A DNA stretch of 64,000 nucleotides from Candidatus Falkowbacteria bacterium (GCA_963774955.1 CAVZGV010000004.1:383779-447778); one strand, 5' to 3'. Positions 1 to 9,997 are shown, counted from the first letter of the stretch. The notes: generated from the sequence alone by a model not told the origin. Made by a program: numbers and translations.

Positions 1-66
1 ATCCAGATGAAGTCTTTATGTTTGAAATGCCCAAAGATCTGGCCAAGGAATTAAGCGTAGAGTAAA
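1..66 (+). CDS. 3' end of an upstream ORF (partial; last ~21 codons, ...PDEVFMFEMPKDLAKELSVE*)
   Basis: Open frame running in from the window edge to TAA at 64-66. Too short to assign a function. Confidence 0.25.
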
Positions 67-68
67 TT

Positions 69-923
69 ATGGAGAAAAAACTTTTAAAAATTTTAGGCTC
101 GCTTTTAGCCATAGTCTTTTTACTGATCGGTTTTGCGGTCAATTCTCAACAGGATCGTACCAAACTGGAAGTTGATTTTTTAGATGTAGGGCAGGGAGAT
201 GCCATTTTAATTAAAACTCCATATGAACAAAATATTCTAATTGACGGCGGTCCTAATGCCAAAGTTTTATCAGAGCTGGGTAAGAATCTGGCTTTTTTTG
301 ATAAAAAAATTGATCTGGTTGTTTTAACCCATCCGCATTCAGACCATGTGGCCGGTTTAGTCGAGGTATTAAGACGTTATAATGTCCAAAAAATATTAAT
401 GACCGGTGTTTTACATACTGCTCCGGATTATTTGGCATTTTTAAAGGAAATTGATGATCAGCAAATATCTGTTGACTATGCCAATGGTTTGCGCGATATT
501 AATTTGGGTCAAGACTTAACTTTAAAAATACTTTACCCGTTGAAGGATTTAAACGGGCAGAAAATTGAGGAACTTAATAATTCTTCGATTATTTTAAAGC
601 TGATTTATAAAAATAACACTTTTTTATTTACCGGTGATGCTGAAGAACTTGTGGAAACCGATTTATTAAGCGCTAAGCTTGATTTATCAGCCCAGGTTTT
701 AAAGGTCGCTCATCACGGCAGCAAATATAGCTCCAGCGATCCTTTTCTAACTGCAGTTAACCCTCAATATGCCGTGATTCAGGTGGGAGAAAATAATGCC
801 TTTGGCCATCCTCATCTGCGAACACTTGATAAATTGGCAAAGAGAAACATTGAAGTTCTAAGGACAGATCATTTGGGCACTATTCGCGCTGTTGCTGATG
901 GCAATATTGTATTATTTAAATAG
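69..923 (+). CDS. Exported MBL-fold metallo-hydrolase, ComEC/Rec2 C-terminal lactamase-like domain
   Basis: N-terminal signal/TM segment. Motifs DVGQGDAILIK, LVLTHPHSDHVAGL and KVAHHGSKYSS are typical of the ComEC beta-lactamase domain. Confidence 0.7.
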   Translation: MEKKLLKILGSLLAIVFLLIGFAVNSQQDRTKLEVDFLDVGQGDAILIKTPYEQNILIDGGPNAKVLSELGKNLAFFDKKIDLVVLTHPHSDHVAGLVEVLRRYNVQKILMTGVLHTAPDYLAFLKEIDDQQISVDYANGLRDINLGQDLTLKILYPLKDLNGQKIEELNNSSIILKLIYKNNTFLFTGDAEELVETDLLSAKLDLSAQVLKVAHHGSKYSSSDPFLTAVNPQYAVIQVGENNAFGHPHLRTLDKLAKRNIEVLRTDHLGTIRAVADGNIVLFK

Positions 924-989
924 CTTTAAAATTTGTTTAATCTTAGGCATTTAATTTTCAACAGTAAGTGATATTCTGATTAGGAAAAA

Positions 990-1000
990 TGTGGTATAAT
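990..1000 (+). promoter_or_regulatory. Extended -10 promoter element (TGgTATAAT) upstream of the giant repeat-protein gene
   Basis: tgtggtataat at 990-1000 in an AT-rich intergenic region about 115 nt before the ATG at 1116. Confidence 0.35.
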
Positions 1001-1115
1001 TAATATAAGTTAAGATCGAAGAATTTAATTAAACAATAAACGCTCTCAAAAGCTATTTTTTGAGATTATTTATCATTTAATTATCTCAAAATATTAAATT
1101 ATTTTTTAAAAAAAT

Positions 1116-4100
1116 ATGAGAACTTCAAAAAACAAATTTAAAATATATCTGGCTGTAGTCTCTCTGGCTGCTATGCTTATAAGTACGGCAGGCGCGTCTG
1201 CTGCCACCAGGATCGGCAGCAATATAAACTCTGCCGGTGATCTGACTGTTGACGGTGCTTTGAAATTTACTTCAGGCGCTGCTAACAATTATGTTTTAGC
1301 CAGTGATGCCAGCGGTAATGCCGCCTGGATTTCAGTGGCCACTCTTTTAGATTCTTCTCATGCCAATGTGACTACTAATGATCTGGATGAAGGCACTCTT
1401 AATTTATATTATGATTCGGCAGATGTTGAGACCAGAATTGATAATCGTAGTGGTATTGTCGGTGGTTTTGCTCCGCTTGATGCAGGGTTAAAGGTTCCAA
1501 GTTCATATTTGCCAAATTTAGTAATTACCAATGTCTATGCAGTTGCGGATATTGCTGCCAGGGACTTATTGACCGTTGAAGAAGGCGATGTGGCTGTGGT
1601 TGCTGATGCCGGTTTGTTAGAAAGCCGTTCTTATATTTATGACGGCACAGGCTGGCTGGAATTGAAAGCTCCGGTTGATTTATATTTAGCCGCCGCAAAT
1701 GATCTTTCAGATTTAGGCAATTTCGCTACTGCCAGAACTAATTTGGGTATTGGGACTACAGATATCCCCGAGTTTAACGGTTTGACTTTAAATAGTCTGA
1801 CAGCTGATTCATTTATTTATTCCGGCACGGGTGGATTACTTACCTCAACTGCTGCTCCTTTAGACGGGGAGTTGCTCATTGGTGTTGCTGGCTCGTCTCC
1901 GGTAGTGGCAACTTTAACAGGTACCACAAATCAGGTAGATGTAACCAATGGCGCAGGCTCCATAACTTTATCAACTCCACAAGATATAGATACTAGTGCA
2001 AGTCCACAATTCACAGGCTTAACTTTAAGCGGTACAACACTTTCAATTAACGGAATCGCTTATGCTTGGCCAGCTGCTGATGGCGCCTTGGGGGATGTTT
2101 TAACTACTGACGGTGCCGGCGCTTTAACCTGGACAACTGTGGCCGGTGCAGGTGAAACAAACACAGCTTCAAATGTTAATGTTGGCGGTCAGAGTTTATT
2201 TAAACAAAAAACAGGGGTAGACTTGGAATTCAGGGGCATTAATGCCGCTTCCAATAAGATAGGTATTGCGCTAGATGACCCGAATAATGAAGTAACAATT
2301 GATGTTAATGAAGCTAATTTAACTTTAGATAATCTCGGCGGAACTTTGAGTGAAACTCACGGTGGTACCAATCTGACAACTTATACTAGCGGCGATATTT
2401 TATATGCTTCGGCCGCAGATACTTTAAGTGCCTTACCAATAGGTGGTACTGATGGTTGGGTTTTAACAGTTAATACTGGTGCTCCGGTTTGGCAGGCTTT
2501 ACCTGGGGCAGGAGCAGAAACAGATCCGGTCTTTACTGGAAGCTTTACAGCCGCCGGTGATTTGTTAGTCGGTACAGGAGCAGGAACATATACTGCCGTT
2601 ACAGACGGTACTTCCGGCCAATTTTTAACTACTAACGGTTCAGGCGCTTTGAGCTGGGCAGCAGAAACAGATCCGGTGTATACAGCGTGGGATAAATCAA
2701 CCGGCATATCAATAACCGAATCACAAATATCAGATTTGCAGGCGTATCTGACATCAGAAACAGATTCTGTCTTTACTGGAAGTTTTACAGCCGCCGGTGA
2801 TTTGTTAGTCGGTACAGGAGCAGGAACATATACTGCCGTTACAGACGGTACTTCCGGCCAATTTTTAACTACTAACGGTTCAGGCGCTTTGAGCTGGGCA
2901 GCAGAAACAGATCCGGTGTATACAGCGTGGGATAAATCAACCGGCATATCAATAACCGAATCACAAATATCAGATTTGCAGGCGTATCTGACATCAGAAA
3001 CAGATTCTGTCTTTACTGGAAGTTTTACAGCCGCCGGTGATTTGTTAGTCGGTACAGGAGCAGGAACATATACTGCCGTTACAGACGGTACTTCCGGCCA
3101 ATTTTTAACTACTAACGGTTCAGGCGCTTTGAGCTGGGCAGCAGAAACAGATCCGGTGTATACAGCGTGGGATAAATCAACCGGCATATCAATAACCGAA
3201 TCACAAATATCAGATTTGCAGGCGTATCTGACATCAGAAACAGATTCTGTCTTTACTGGAAGTTTTACAGCCGCCGGTGATTTGTTAGTCGGTACAGGAG
3301 CAGGAACATATACTGCCGTTACAGACGGTACTTCCGGCCAATTTTTAACTACTAACGGTTCAGGCGCTTTGAGCTGGGCAGCAGAAACAGATCCGGTGTA
3401 TACAGCGTGGGATAAATCAACCGGCATATCAATAACCGAATCACAAATATCAGATTTGCAGGCGTATCTGACATCAGAAACAGATTCTGTCTTTACTGGA
3501 AGCTTTACAGCCGCCGGTGATTTGTTAGTCGGTACAGGAGCAGGAACATATACTGCCGTTACAGACGGTACTTCCGGCCAATTTTTAACTACTAACGGTT
3601 CAGGCGCTTTGAGCTGGGCAGCAGAAACAGATCCGGTGTATACAGCGTGGGATAAATCAACCGGCATATCAATAACCGAATCACAAATATCAGATTTGCA
3701 GGCGTATCTGACATCAGAAACAGATTCTGTCTTTACTGGAAGTTTTACAGCCGCCGGTGATTTGTTAGTCGGTACAGGAGCAGGAACATATACTGCCGTT
3801 ACAGACGGTACTTCCGGCCAATTTTTAACTACTAACGGTTCAGGCGCTTTGAGCTGGGCAGCAGAAACAGATCCGGTGTATACAGTGTGGGACAAATCAA
3901 CCGGCATATCAATAACCGAATCACAAATATCAGATTTGCAGACATATGCTCTAAGTGGAGCAAATGGAGACATTACCAGTTTAACCGGGTTGACTACTGC
4001 TCTTGGTCCGACTTATGGCGGTACTGGTTTAGCTACTTATGCTTTAGGCGATATTTTATATGCTTCAGCAGCTAATACTTTATCAGCCTTATCTTCAGGC

Positions 4101-7100
4101 GGAGCTGGTACATATTTGAAATCAGATGGTGCTGGCGGCTTAACTTGGGCTACTCCGGCTGGTAGCGGTACTATTACTGCTGTTGGTGATATAACCACAG
4201 GAGCCGCGTTTACACCTACAGCAGGCGCAGATGGCAATAATTTGTATTTTGAAGGCACAACCGGAAACGGTTTTGAAGTTAATCTGACAGCAGCAGATCC
4301 GGGATCAGATGTGATAGTGACAATCCCTGCAACAACCGGCACATTATTATTGAATACAAATAATTTATCTGACGTATCAAATACAGGAACAGCCAGGACA
4401 AATTTAGGTTTAGGCACGGGAGACAGCCCGCAATTTACAGGATTAACACTGACAAGCGATGAAACATTAAATGCACAGTCAGATTTACGGTTGGCAGATG
4501 CTGATTCATCAAATTGGGCGGCATTCCAGGCGCCAACGACAATTTCTACAAATTATACCTTGACTTTGCCGGCAGATGACGGGACAGCAGGACAATGTTT
4601 GACAACAAGCGACGGCACAGGGACATTAGCCTGGGCAGCTTGCGGAGCTGGAAGTGGAGCAGATACAGCATTATCAAATCTGGCATCAGTAGCCATTAAT
4701 ACATCATTATTACCGGGTACAACAGAATCAATAGCTTTAGGATCAGATTCATTTAACTGGTTGAATTTATACTTAGGGAATGGCGGAGTAGTTTTTGAAG
4801 GCGCAACAGGGGGAGTGGATACAAATGAGACTACCTTGGTAGTGACAGACCCGACAGCAGACCGGACAATAACCTTACCTAATGCAACAGGCACAGTATT
4901 ATTAAATACAAATAATTTATCGGATGTATCAAATACAGGAACGGCGAGAACAAGTTTAGGGTTGGGCACGGGAGATAGCCCGCAATTTACCGGATTAACA
5001 TTAACAAGCGATGAGACATTAAATGCACAGTCAGATTTACGGTTTGCAGATGCTGATTCATCAAATTGGGCAGCTTTCCAGGCGCCAACGACAATTGCAT
5101 CAAATTATACCTTGACCATGCCGGCAGATGACGGCACAGCGCTCCAGTTTTTACAGACTGACGGAAGCGGCGTTTTATCCTGGGCAACCCCAACAGTTAC
5201 ATCTGTAGCCTTTAGTGGCATAACTAATGGCATAAATACAACAGCCACTATGACGGTCGGAAGCGGAGCAACTTTAGCACCGTCAGGAACTGGTATAATA
5301 ACTGCTACCAGATATACAGGGTCAGGTTCTTCAACTAATGAAGTTGACTTAGGAACAGCAGAGGTAGCCGGTACTTTAACCGTAGTTAAGGGCGGTACGG
5401 GAATAACTGATTTTACTGGGGCGACTGGTAGTTTACCTTATTTTAATTCTGAAACTACTATGGATTTTACAAACGCCGGTACTAATAATAAATTCCTTAA
5501 AGGCGTCACAGGAGGAGCTCCAGCTTTTGCTTCAGTCGATTTGAGCAGTCCGGATGTGACAAGCACTTTGCCTATTGTTAGAGGTGGTACTGCTGCTACT
5601 ACGATAGGATCTGCTGGCAGAGTTGTATATAGTACAGGTACGGCTTATGGCACTTCCAGTGCCACAACCGAATTGGGACATATACTTATTTCAGGTACAA
5701 GTGGCACTGGTGCTCCGTCCTGGTTGGCTCAGGGTGCATCGGGGCAATTACTAGTATCAGGTGGGACAAATGTAGCACCGACTTGGACTTCCTTAGGTAG
5801 TGTACCAACTACGTCAAATAATGATGCTACTTTGCGTTCCAATGGTTCAGCTTGGGTTGAAAATACCTCCGTATTGATAAGTTCAACTGGAGGGATATCA
5901 TCCGCGAACGGTTCAGCCCTAACCATAAATTCTGGAACTACGGGTGATTTGGGGATTGGAACGGATGCAAGTATTGAAAATATAAATATAGGTACTGGTG
6001 GTGCCACTAAAACTATTATTTTTGGCAACAGTACTGGAGCAACCTCAGTTGCTATAAATACTGGTACCGGAGCATTAAATCTGGGAACGAATGCAATCGC
6101 TCATATCACAACATTGGGTTCTATAACAGGTGCCGCTTCAACCATAGTTCAATCAGGAACCGGTGACCTTAAAATTGAGACCCAGGGTACTGGCGGTTTA
6201 AAAATTGGTACTAATGCAGTAGCACAGAATATTACAATCGGCAACGGAACCGGAGCAACATCGCTTGTCTTAGAGGCTGGTACAGGCAATATCGATATTG
6301 GTAGCAATGATATTGCCAGGAGTATAAATATAGGTCAAACCTCTACAGCAGCTCAGGCTATTACCATAGGTAATGGTAATACAGGCACAGCAGTGGATAT
6401 AAAAGTCGGTACAGGAGCCTTAAATTTAGGGTCAAATGCTACAGTTCATACTACCACTTTAGGTTCAAATACTAGCACCTCAACCACTACAGTTCAATCA
6501 GGAACCGGCGGACTTAATTTAACTTCTGCAAGTACAGGTATAATAACCCTAGATTCGGGAACCACTGGTAGGATTGATATAGGAACTAATACTGGTGGCA
6601 AGACTATTAATATCGGGACAGGAGCAGCAGCTAATACCCTTAATATTGGTAATAATACTAGCGGCACAGGTACGTATATCAAAGCTGGAAACACCGGCAT
6701 TAATATATCAACTGGCGGGGCAGGGAATATAGACATATTGACTGACTCAACTGGTACTATGCACATTGATACAGGTACATCAGGTACGATAAATTTTGGA
6801 ACTGGCGATAGCGGAAAAACTATTAATATTGGTACCGGTAATGTCGCCAATACAATTAATATTGGTAATTCATCCTATGCTACTGCAATTCAGTTATATG
6901 GTACTGGCGGTGTAAAAATCGGCTCATCGAGTAGCACTGCGATTTTAAATCATTATTCTGGTACAGCTTCTCTGGATTTTGGCGCCACTGCTGCTAATAC
7001 CTGTGATGCCGCCACCATAACAGTGACTGGCGCTGCTGACGGAGATACTGTTACTCTTGGTGTACCTGCTGCTTTAGCCGGAAGCGATGCTAGTCAGAAT

Positions 7101-7217
7101 TTTTGGGGTTACGTAAGTGCTACAAATACTGTTACTGTAAAAAGATGTAATGTAACTGGTTCACCTTTAAGTGATCCTGCAGCTGCTACAGTACGCGCAG
7201 ATGTTTGGAAACACTAG
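1116..7217 (+). CDS. Giant secreted fibrous repeat protein (2033 aa), tail-fibre/adhesin-like
   Basis: Single uninterrupted ORF with an N-terminal signal peptide (cleavage likely after ASA). G/T/S/A-rich throughout. Recurrent motif G..GQ.LTT.GSGALSWA, six identical 80-aa tandem repeats, and a second diverged duplication (~aa 1070-1160 vs 1260-1345). The C-terminal region has 14-15-aa beta-helix-like repeats (TINIGTG..ANT.NIGN). Confidence 0.85.
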   Translation: MRTSKNKFKIYLAVVSLAAMLISTAGASAATRIGSNINSAGDLTVDGALKFTSGAANNYVLASDASGNAAWISVATLLDSSHANVTTNDLDEGTLNLYYDSADVETRIDNRSGIVGGFAPLDAGLKVPSSYLPNLVITNVYAVADIAARDLLTVEEGDVAVVADAGLLESRSYIYDGTGWLELKAPVDLYLAAANDLSDLGNFATARTNLGIGTTDIPEFNGLTLNSLTADSFIYSGTGGLLTSTAAPLDGELLIGVAGSSPVVATLTGTTNQVDVTNGAGSITLSTPQDIDTSASPQFTGLTLSGTTLSINGIAYAWPAADGALGDVLTTDGAGALTWTTVAGAGETNTASNVNVGGQSLFKQKTGVDLEFRGINAASNKIGIALDDPNNEVTIDVNEANLTLDNLGGTLSETHGGTNLTTYTSGDILYASAADTLSALPIGGTDGWVLTVNTGAPVWQALPGAGAETDPVFTGSFTAAGDLLVGTGAGTYTAVTDGTSGQFLTTNGSGALSWAAETDPVYTAWDKSTGISITESQISDLQAYLTSETDSVFTGSFTAAGDLLVGTGAGTYTAVTDGTSGQFLTTNGSGALSWAAETDPVYTAWDKSTGISITESQISDLQAYLTSETDSVFTGSFTAAGDLLVGTGAGTYTAVTDGTSGQFLTTNGSGALSWAAETDPVYTAWDKSTGISITESQISDLQAYLTSETDSVFTGSFTAAGDLLVGTGAGTYTAVTDGTSGQFLTTNGSGALSWAAETDPVYTAWDKSTGISITESQISDLQAYLTSETDSVFTGSFTAAGDLLVGTGAGTYTAVTDGTSGQFLTTNGSGALSWAAETDPVYTAWDKSTGISITESQISDLQAYLTSETDSVFTGSFTAAGDLLVGTGAGTYTAVTDGTSGQFLTTNGSGALSWAAETDPVYTVWDKSTGISITESQISDLQTYALSGANGDITSLTGLTTALGPTYGGTGLATYALGDILYASAANTLSALSSGGAGTYLKSDGAGGLTWATPAGSGTITAVGDITTGAAFTPTAGADGNNLYFEGTTGNGFEVNLTAADPGSDVIVTIPATTGTLLLNTNNLSDVSNTGTARTNLGLGTGDSPQFTGLTLTSDETLNAQSDLRLADADSSNWAAFQAPTTISTNYTLTLPADDGTAGQCLTTSDGTGTLAWAACGAGSGADTALSNLASVAINTSLLPGTTESIALGSDSFNWLNLYLGNGGVVFEGATGGVDTNETTLVVTDPTADRTITLPNATGTVLLNTNNLSDVSNTGTARTSLGLGTGDSPQFTGLTLTSDETLNAQSDLRFADADSSNWAAFQAPTTIASNYTLTMPADDGTALQFLQTDGSGVLSWATPTVTSVAFSGITNGINTTATMTVGSGATLAPSGTGIITATRYTGSGSSTNEVDLGTAEVAGTLTVVKGGTGITDFTGATGSLPYFNSETTMDFTNAGTNNKFLKGVTGGAPAFASVDLSSPDVTSTLPIVRGGTAATTIGSAGRVVYSTGTAYGTSSATTELGHILISGTSGTGAPSWLAQGASGQLLVSGGTNVAPTWTSLGSVPTTSNNDATLRSNGSAWVENTSVLISSTGGISSANGSALTINSGTTGDLGIGTDASIENINIGTGGATKTIIFGNSTGATSVAINTGTGALNLGTNAIAHITTLGSITGAASTIVQSGTGDLKIETQGTGGLKIGTNAVAQNITIGNGTGATSLVLEAGTGNIDIGSNDIARSINIGQTSTAAQAITIGNGNTGTAVDIKVGTGALNLGSNATVHTTTLGSNTSTSTTTVQSGTGGLNLTSASTGIITLDSGTTGRIDIGTNTGGKTINIGTGAAANTLNIGNNTSGTGTYIKAGNTGINISTGGAGNIDILTDSTGTMHIDTGTSGTINFGTGDSGKTINIGTGNVANTINIGNSSYATAIQLYGTGGVKIGSSSSTAILNHYSGTASLDFGATAANTCDAATITVTGAADGDTVTLGVPAALAGSDASQNFWGYVSATNTVTVKRCNVTGSPLSDPAAATVRADVWKH
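2515..3955 (+). repeat. 6 x 240-bp essentially identical tandem repeats inside the giant gene (each encodes 80 aa, ETDPVFTGSF...QAYLTS)
   Basis: Direct reading shows period 240, with 'gaaacagat(c/t)c(g/t)gtctttactgga' recurring at 2517, 2757, 2997, 3237, 3477 and 3717. Only synonymous or near-synonymous differences are seen in the first and last copies. Confidence 0.9.
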
Positions 7218-7244
7218 GTTAGTTAAAAGTCTAAATTATTACAG

Positions 7245-8684
7245 ATGTTAGAATCTAACTCAAATTTTATATCCAGATACTGGGTAATCGCTTTAATTTT
7301 GGTCATACCCTTAGCGGTTTTGGCGGCCAATGATTTTATATTGGATGATGTGGTTGAATTTGAACTGGATACTATTGATACTGTTCCTGTTGCGACGGTG
7401 ATTACGGCTGGTTCGGTTACGCCCGAACAGCAAGTGGTGGACATGAATGTGGAGACTAATTATATAGAAATCAGCGTATACACTGATACGGATATTACTT
7501 TTAATACCACGGTGGCCGGTCAGTATTTAAAATTTACCCCTGTTTCCAGCCCCAGTTTTACCTTGACGCCAGCATGTCCGACCACAACAGCCCGTCTGCA
7601 GGGCACAGGCGCAGCGCCGCTAACTGTTAGATTGGAAGTAACTACAGCCAATGCTTGCCTGGCCGGCATTACAGTCTCTGGTATTTCCGGCAATACTTCT
7701 GAATCCGGCAGCAGTGCAGTGTTTGCGGTTTATTTGAATACTCAGCCAACTGCTAATGTAACCATCAGTATTTCCAGCTCAGATAATTCCGAGGGCATTG
7801 CTTCTCCTGCTTCGCTGACCTTTACAAGTGCCAATTGGAATATTCCAAAGTTTATTACGGTGACCGGGGTGAATGATTTTATAGTTGATGGTAGCATTAC
7901 TTATTATATATTAACTGGTGCAGCCGTTTCTACAGATCTTATTTATAACGGTATAAATCCAACTGATGTGACCGTGGTTAATACTGATAATGACACTGGA
8001 GGCGGCGGCGGTGGTGGAGGAGGCGGCGGTGGTGGCGGCGGTGGTGGTGCTGTTATTCCCATTACACCCCCGGCAACTTTGCCAGCTGGCGTTTTTGTCG
8101 GAGATTTAATCAAACGCTCTGATATTCCGACTGTTTATTTTGTCGACGATGATTTTAAACGCCATTCATTCCCGAATAAAGAAACATATTTAAGCTGGTT
8201 TCCTGATTTTTCCAATCTCAAGATAGTTTCTGCCGAAACTCTGGCCGCAACTACTATGGGTTCAAATGTGACCCTCAGACCAGGCACTTATTTGGTTAAA
8301 GTTCAGTCAGTCCCCAAGGTTTTTGCTGTGGAACCGGCTGGTGTGATTAGATGGGTTCAGACTGAAGAGATAGCCAGAAAACTTTATGGTGATAATTGGA
8401 GTGAGCGAGTAATAGATCTAAATCCAGCCTTTTTTACCAATTACAGTGAAGGTGAGCCTATTGTTGCAGGCCAGCATCCGACCGGCAGTTTGGTTCAATG
8501 GCTAAACGGTCAAAGAGTTTACTATATTGAAAACGGAGTCAGACGTTATGTCACCTCTGAAGTTTTTATTAATAATAAATTCCAAAATATTTTTGTCTAT
8601 CGCCAGTTAACTCCTGATTTTTTCTATACCAATGGTCCTGATTATCCCATGCTGGGAATCCCAATAATGATGGACTTGAAATAA
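7245..8684 (+). CDS. Secreted/membrane-anchored protein with Ig/Calx-beta-like domain, an 18-residue poly-Gly linker and a C-terminal domain of unknown function
   Basis: N-terminal TM/signal segment. The motif ..TVTISISSSDNSEG...LTFTSANWNIPKFITVTGVNDFIVDG..YYIL is typical of adhesin Ig-like modules. The poly-Gly is encoded at ~7993-8048. It lies immediately downstream of the giant gene, so likely shares an operon. Confidence 0.7.
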   Translation: MLESNSNFISRYWVIALILVIPLAVLAANDFILDDVVEFELDTIDTVPVATVITAGSVTPEQQVVDMNVETNYIEISVYTDTDITFNTTVAGQYLKFTPVSSPSFTLTPACPTTTARLQGTGAAPLTVRLEVTTANACLAGITVSGISGNTSESGSSAVFAVYLNTQPTANVTISISSSDNSEGIASPASLTFTSANWNIPKFITVTGVNDFIVDGSITYYILTGAAVSTDLIYNGINPTDVTVVNTDNDTGGGGGGGGGGGGGGGGGAVIPITPPATLPAGVFVGDLIKRSDIPTVYFVDDDFKRHSFPNKETYLSWFPDFSNLKIVSAETLAATTMGSNVTLRPGTYLVKVQSVPKVFAVEPAGVIRWVQTEEIARKLYGDNWSERVIDLNPAFFTNYSEGEPIVAGQHPTGSLVQWLNGQRVYYIENGVRRYVTSEVFINNKFQNIFVYRQLTPDFFYTNGPDYPMLGIPIMMDLK

Positions 8685-8700
8685 TATTATTTATAAATTT

Positions 8701-8731
8701 AAAATCGCCCTGCCTCTTAGGGCGATTTTTA
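8701..8731 (+). terminator. Rho-independent terminator
   Basis: aaaatcgccct-gcctctt-agggcgatttttag: GC stem plus T-tract. Confidence 0.6.
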
Positions 8732-8828
8732 GTTGTTATTAATAAATGTCAAAACAGGGTAAGACTTGAAATAATATTATTTACCTGTTAAAATTCATAT
8801 AATTCTTAATAATAAGTTTATAAATTCT

Positions 8829-9410
8829 ATGGAAAAAACCCTAGTGATTATTAAACCCGATGGCGTGCAGCGCAATTTAATCGGTGAAATAATCAAACGT
8901 TTGGAACAAAGCGGCTTGAAACTAGTAGCTTTAAAGATGATGAGTGCAGATGAAAAGACGATTGAAAAACATTATACTATTGATCCTGAATGGCTAAAAA
9001 AAGTTGGCACAAAATCTATTGAATCTTATAAAAAGAAAGGACTAACACCGCCCAATGATGATCCGGTGGCTTTGGGTAAGGAAGTTTTAAATCGGCTCAA
9101 AGTTTATATTAGTAACGGACCAGTAGTGCCTATGGTCTGGGAGGGTAATCAAGCCGTAGAAATGGTTCGTAAGATTTGTGGTAGCACGGAGCCTTTGTCA
9201 GCTCTTTTAGGTACGATTAGAGGTGATTATACCCCAGAATCTTACCAATTAGCAGATGGAGATGAGCGTGCTATCCGTAATTTGGTTCATGCCTCAGGTA
9301 CTGCTGATGAAGCGGCCGAAGAGATCGACTTGTGGTTCGATAAGCCAGAAATTATGGAATACAAATTAGTGAGAGATTCCATTATTTATGATAAAGTCTG
9401 GGATATATAA
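8829..9410 (+). CDS. ndk: Nucleoside diphosphate kinase (long form with ~50-aa insertion)
   Basis: Motifs IIKPDGVQRNLIGEII and NLVHASGTADEAAEEIDLWF. At 193 aa it is longer than the canonical ~140 aa. Confidence 0.85.
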   Translation: MEKTLVIIKPDGVQRNLIGEIIKRLEQSGLKLVALKMMSADEKTIEKHYTIDPEWLKKVGTKSIESYKKKGLTPPNDDPVALGKEVLNRLKVYISNGPVVPMVWEGNQAVEMVRKICGSTEPLSALLGTIRGDYTPESYQLADGDERAIRNLVHASGTADEAAEEIDLWFDKPEIMEYKLVRDSIIYDKVWDI

Positions 9411-9432
9411 TTTTAAAGAATCAAAGAAGATC

Positions 9433-9460
9433 TTGACTTTTTATGTCAAAGTGCTATAAT
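9433..9460 (+). promoter_or_regulatory. Sigma70-like promoter (TTGACT - 16 nt - TATAAT)
   Basis: ttgact at 9433-9438 and tataat at 9455-9460. The ATG of a 36-codon ORF starts 8 nt downstream, so the transcript is probably leaderless. Confidence 0.45.
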
Positions 9461-9468
9461 ATATTTAT

Positions 9469-9579
9469 ATGATAACCGCAAAAGCAATCCAATTTGAGAA
9501 ATTTGAACTTAACCTACAATTGTTAGGTTTATTGTTGTTAAGCTGCTTGCTCGCGGTTAAGTTTTCCATGTTGCGATAA
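9469..9579 (+). CDS. Small hydrophobic peptide (36 aa, MITAKAIQFEKFELNLQLLGLLLLSCLLAVKFSMLR), leaderless
   Basis: Short ORF between a consensus promoter and a strong terminator. One predicted TM helix. Below the length cut-off of the ORF track. Confidence 0.3.
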   Translation: MITAKAIQFEKFELNLQLLGLLLLSCLLAVKFSMLR

Positions 9580-9595
9580 ATTATATTGACATAAG

Positions 9596-9640
9596 GAAAA
9601 AACTAGCACCGCGAAGCGGCGCTAGTTTTATTTTATTTTT
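9596..9640 (+). terminator. Rho-independent terminator
   Basis: aaaaaactagcaccgcg-aa-gcggcgctagttttattttatttt. Confidence 0.55.
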
Positions 9641-9700
9641 AAGTTTAGCGAAAAAATTGGCCTTGATTAATCTGAAATCAGGGCAAGATAAGGAGGGAAA

Positions 9701-9964
9701 ATGATAAATGTTTGTACTGGTTGTTTAAGGTTAAATTCTTTAGGACAGAAAAAGTGCTTACATTGCCGTGATACCTGTCAGGCAATGGAATCACAAGACT
9801 ATGGCAGGTTTATGCTCAGAAGCCATGGAAAAAAGGGTCAAAAGGAGGAGCAAGCAGAGAATGAAGATTCAGAGGACAATATCAGTGAGTATCCGGACTT
9901 GAAGGTTTTTGAGGATTGTGCTAATCTTAACAATCCTTGGGAACTTTATCTACTCAGGCCATGA
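9701..9964 (+). CDS. Small zinc-ribbon (zinc_ribbon_2-like, C-x2-C-x10-C-x2-C) protein with acidic tail
   Basis: Consensus SD (taaggagggaaaATG). Motif CTGCLRLNSLGQKKCLHC. Paralogous to the next ORF. Confidence 0.5.
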   Translation: MINVCTGCLRLNSLGQKKCLHCRDTCQAMESQDYGRFMLRSHGKKGQKEEQAENEDSEDNISEYPDLKVFEDCANLNNPWELYLLRP

Positions 9965-9997
9965 AGGCTAAGCCATGGAAAGCAAAGGAGGGGAAAA

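Noticed and set aside
2381-3973. 530-aa ORF on the minus strand with its own perfect tandem repeats
   Set aside because: It is the antisense reading of the 240-bp repeats of the giant gene and lies entirely inside that gene. It has no start or stop context of its own. The same applies to the minus-strand ORFs at 4037-4417, 4553-4969, 5729-6028 and 6494-6850.
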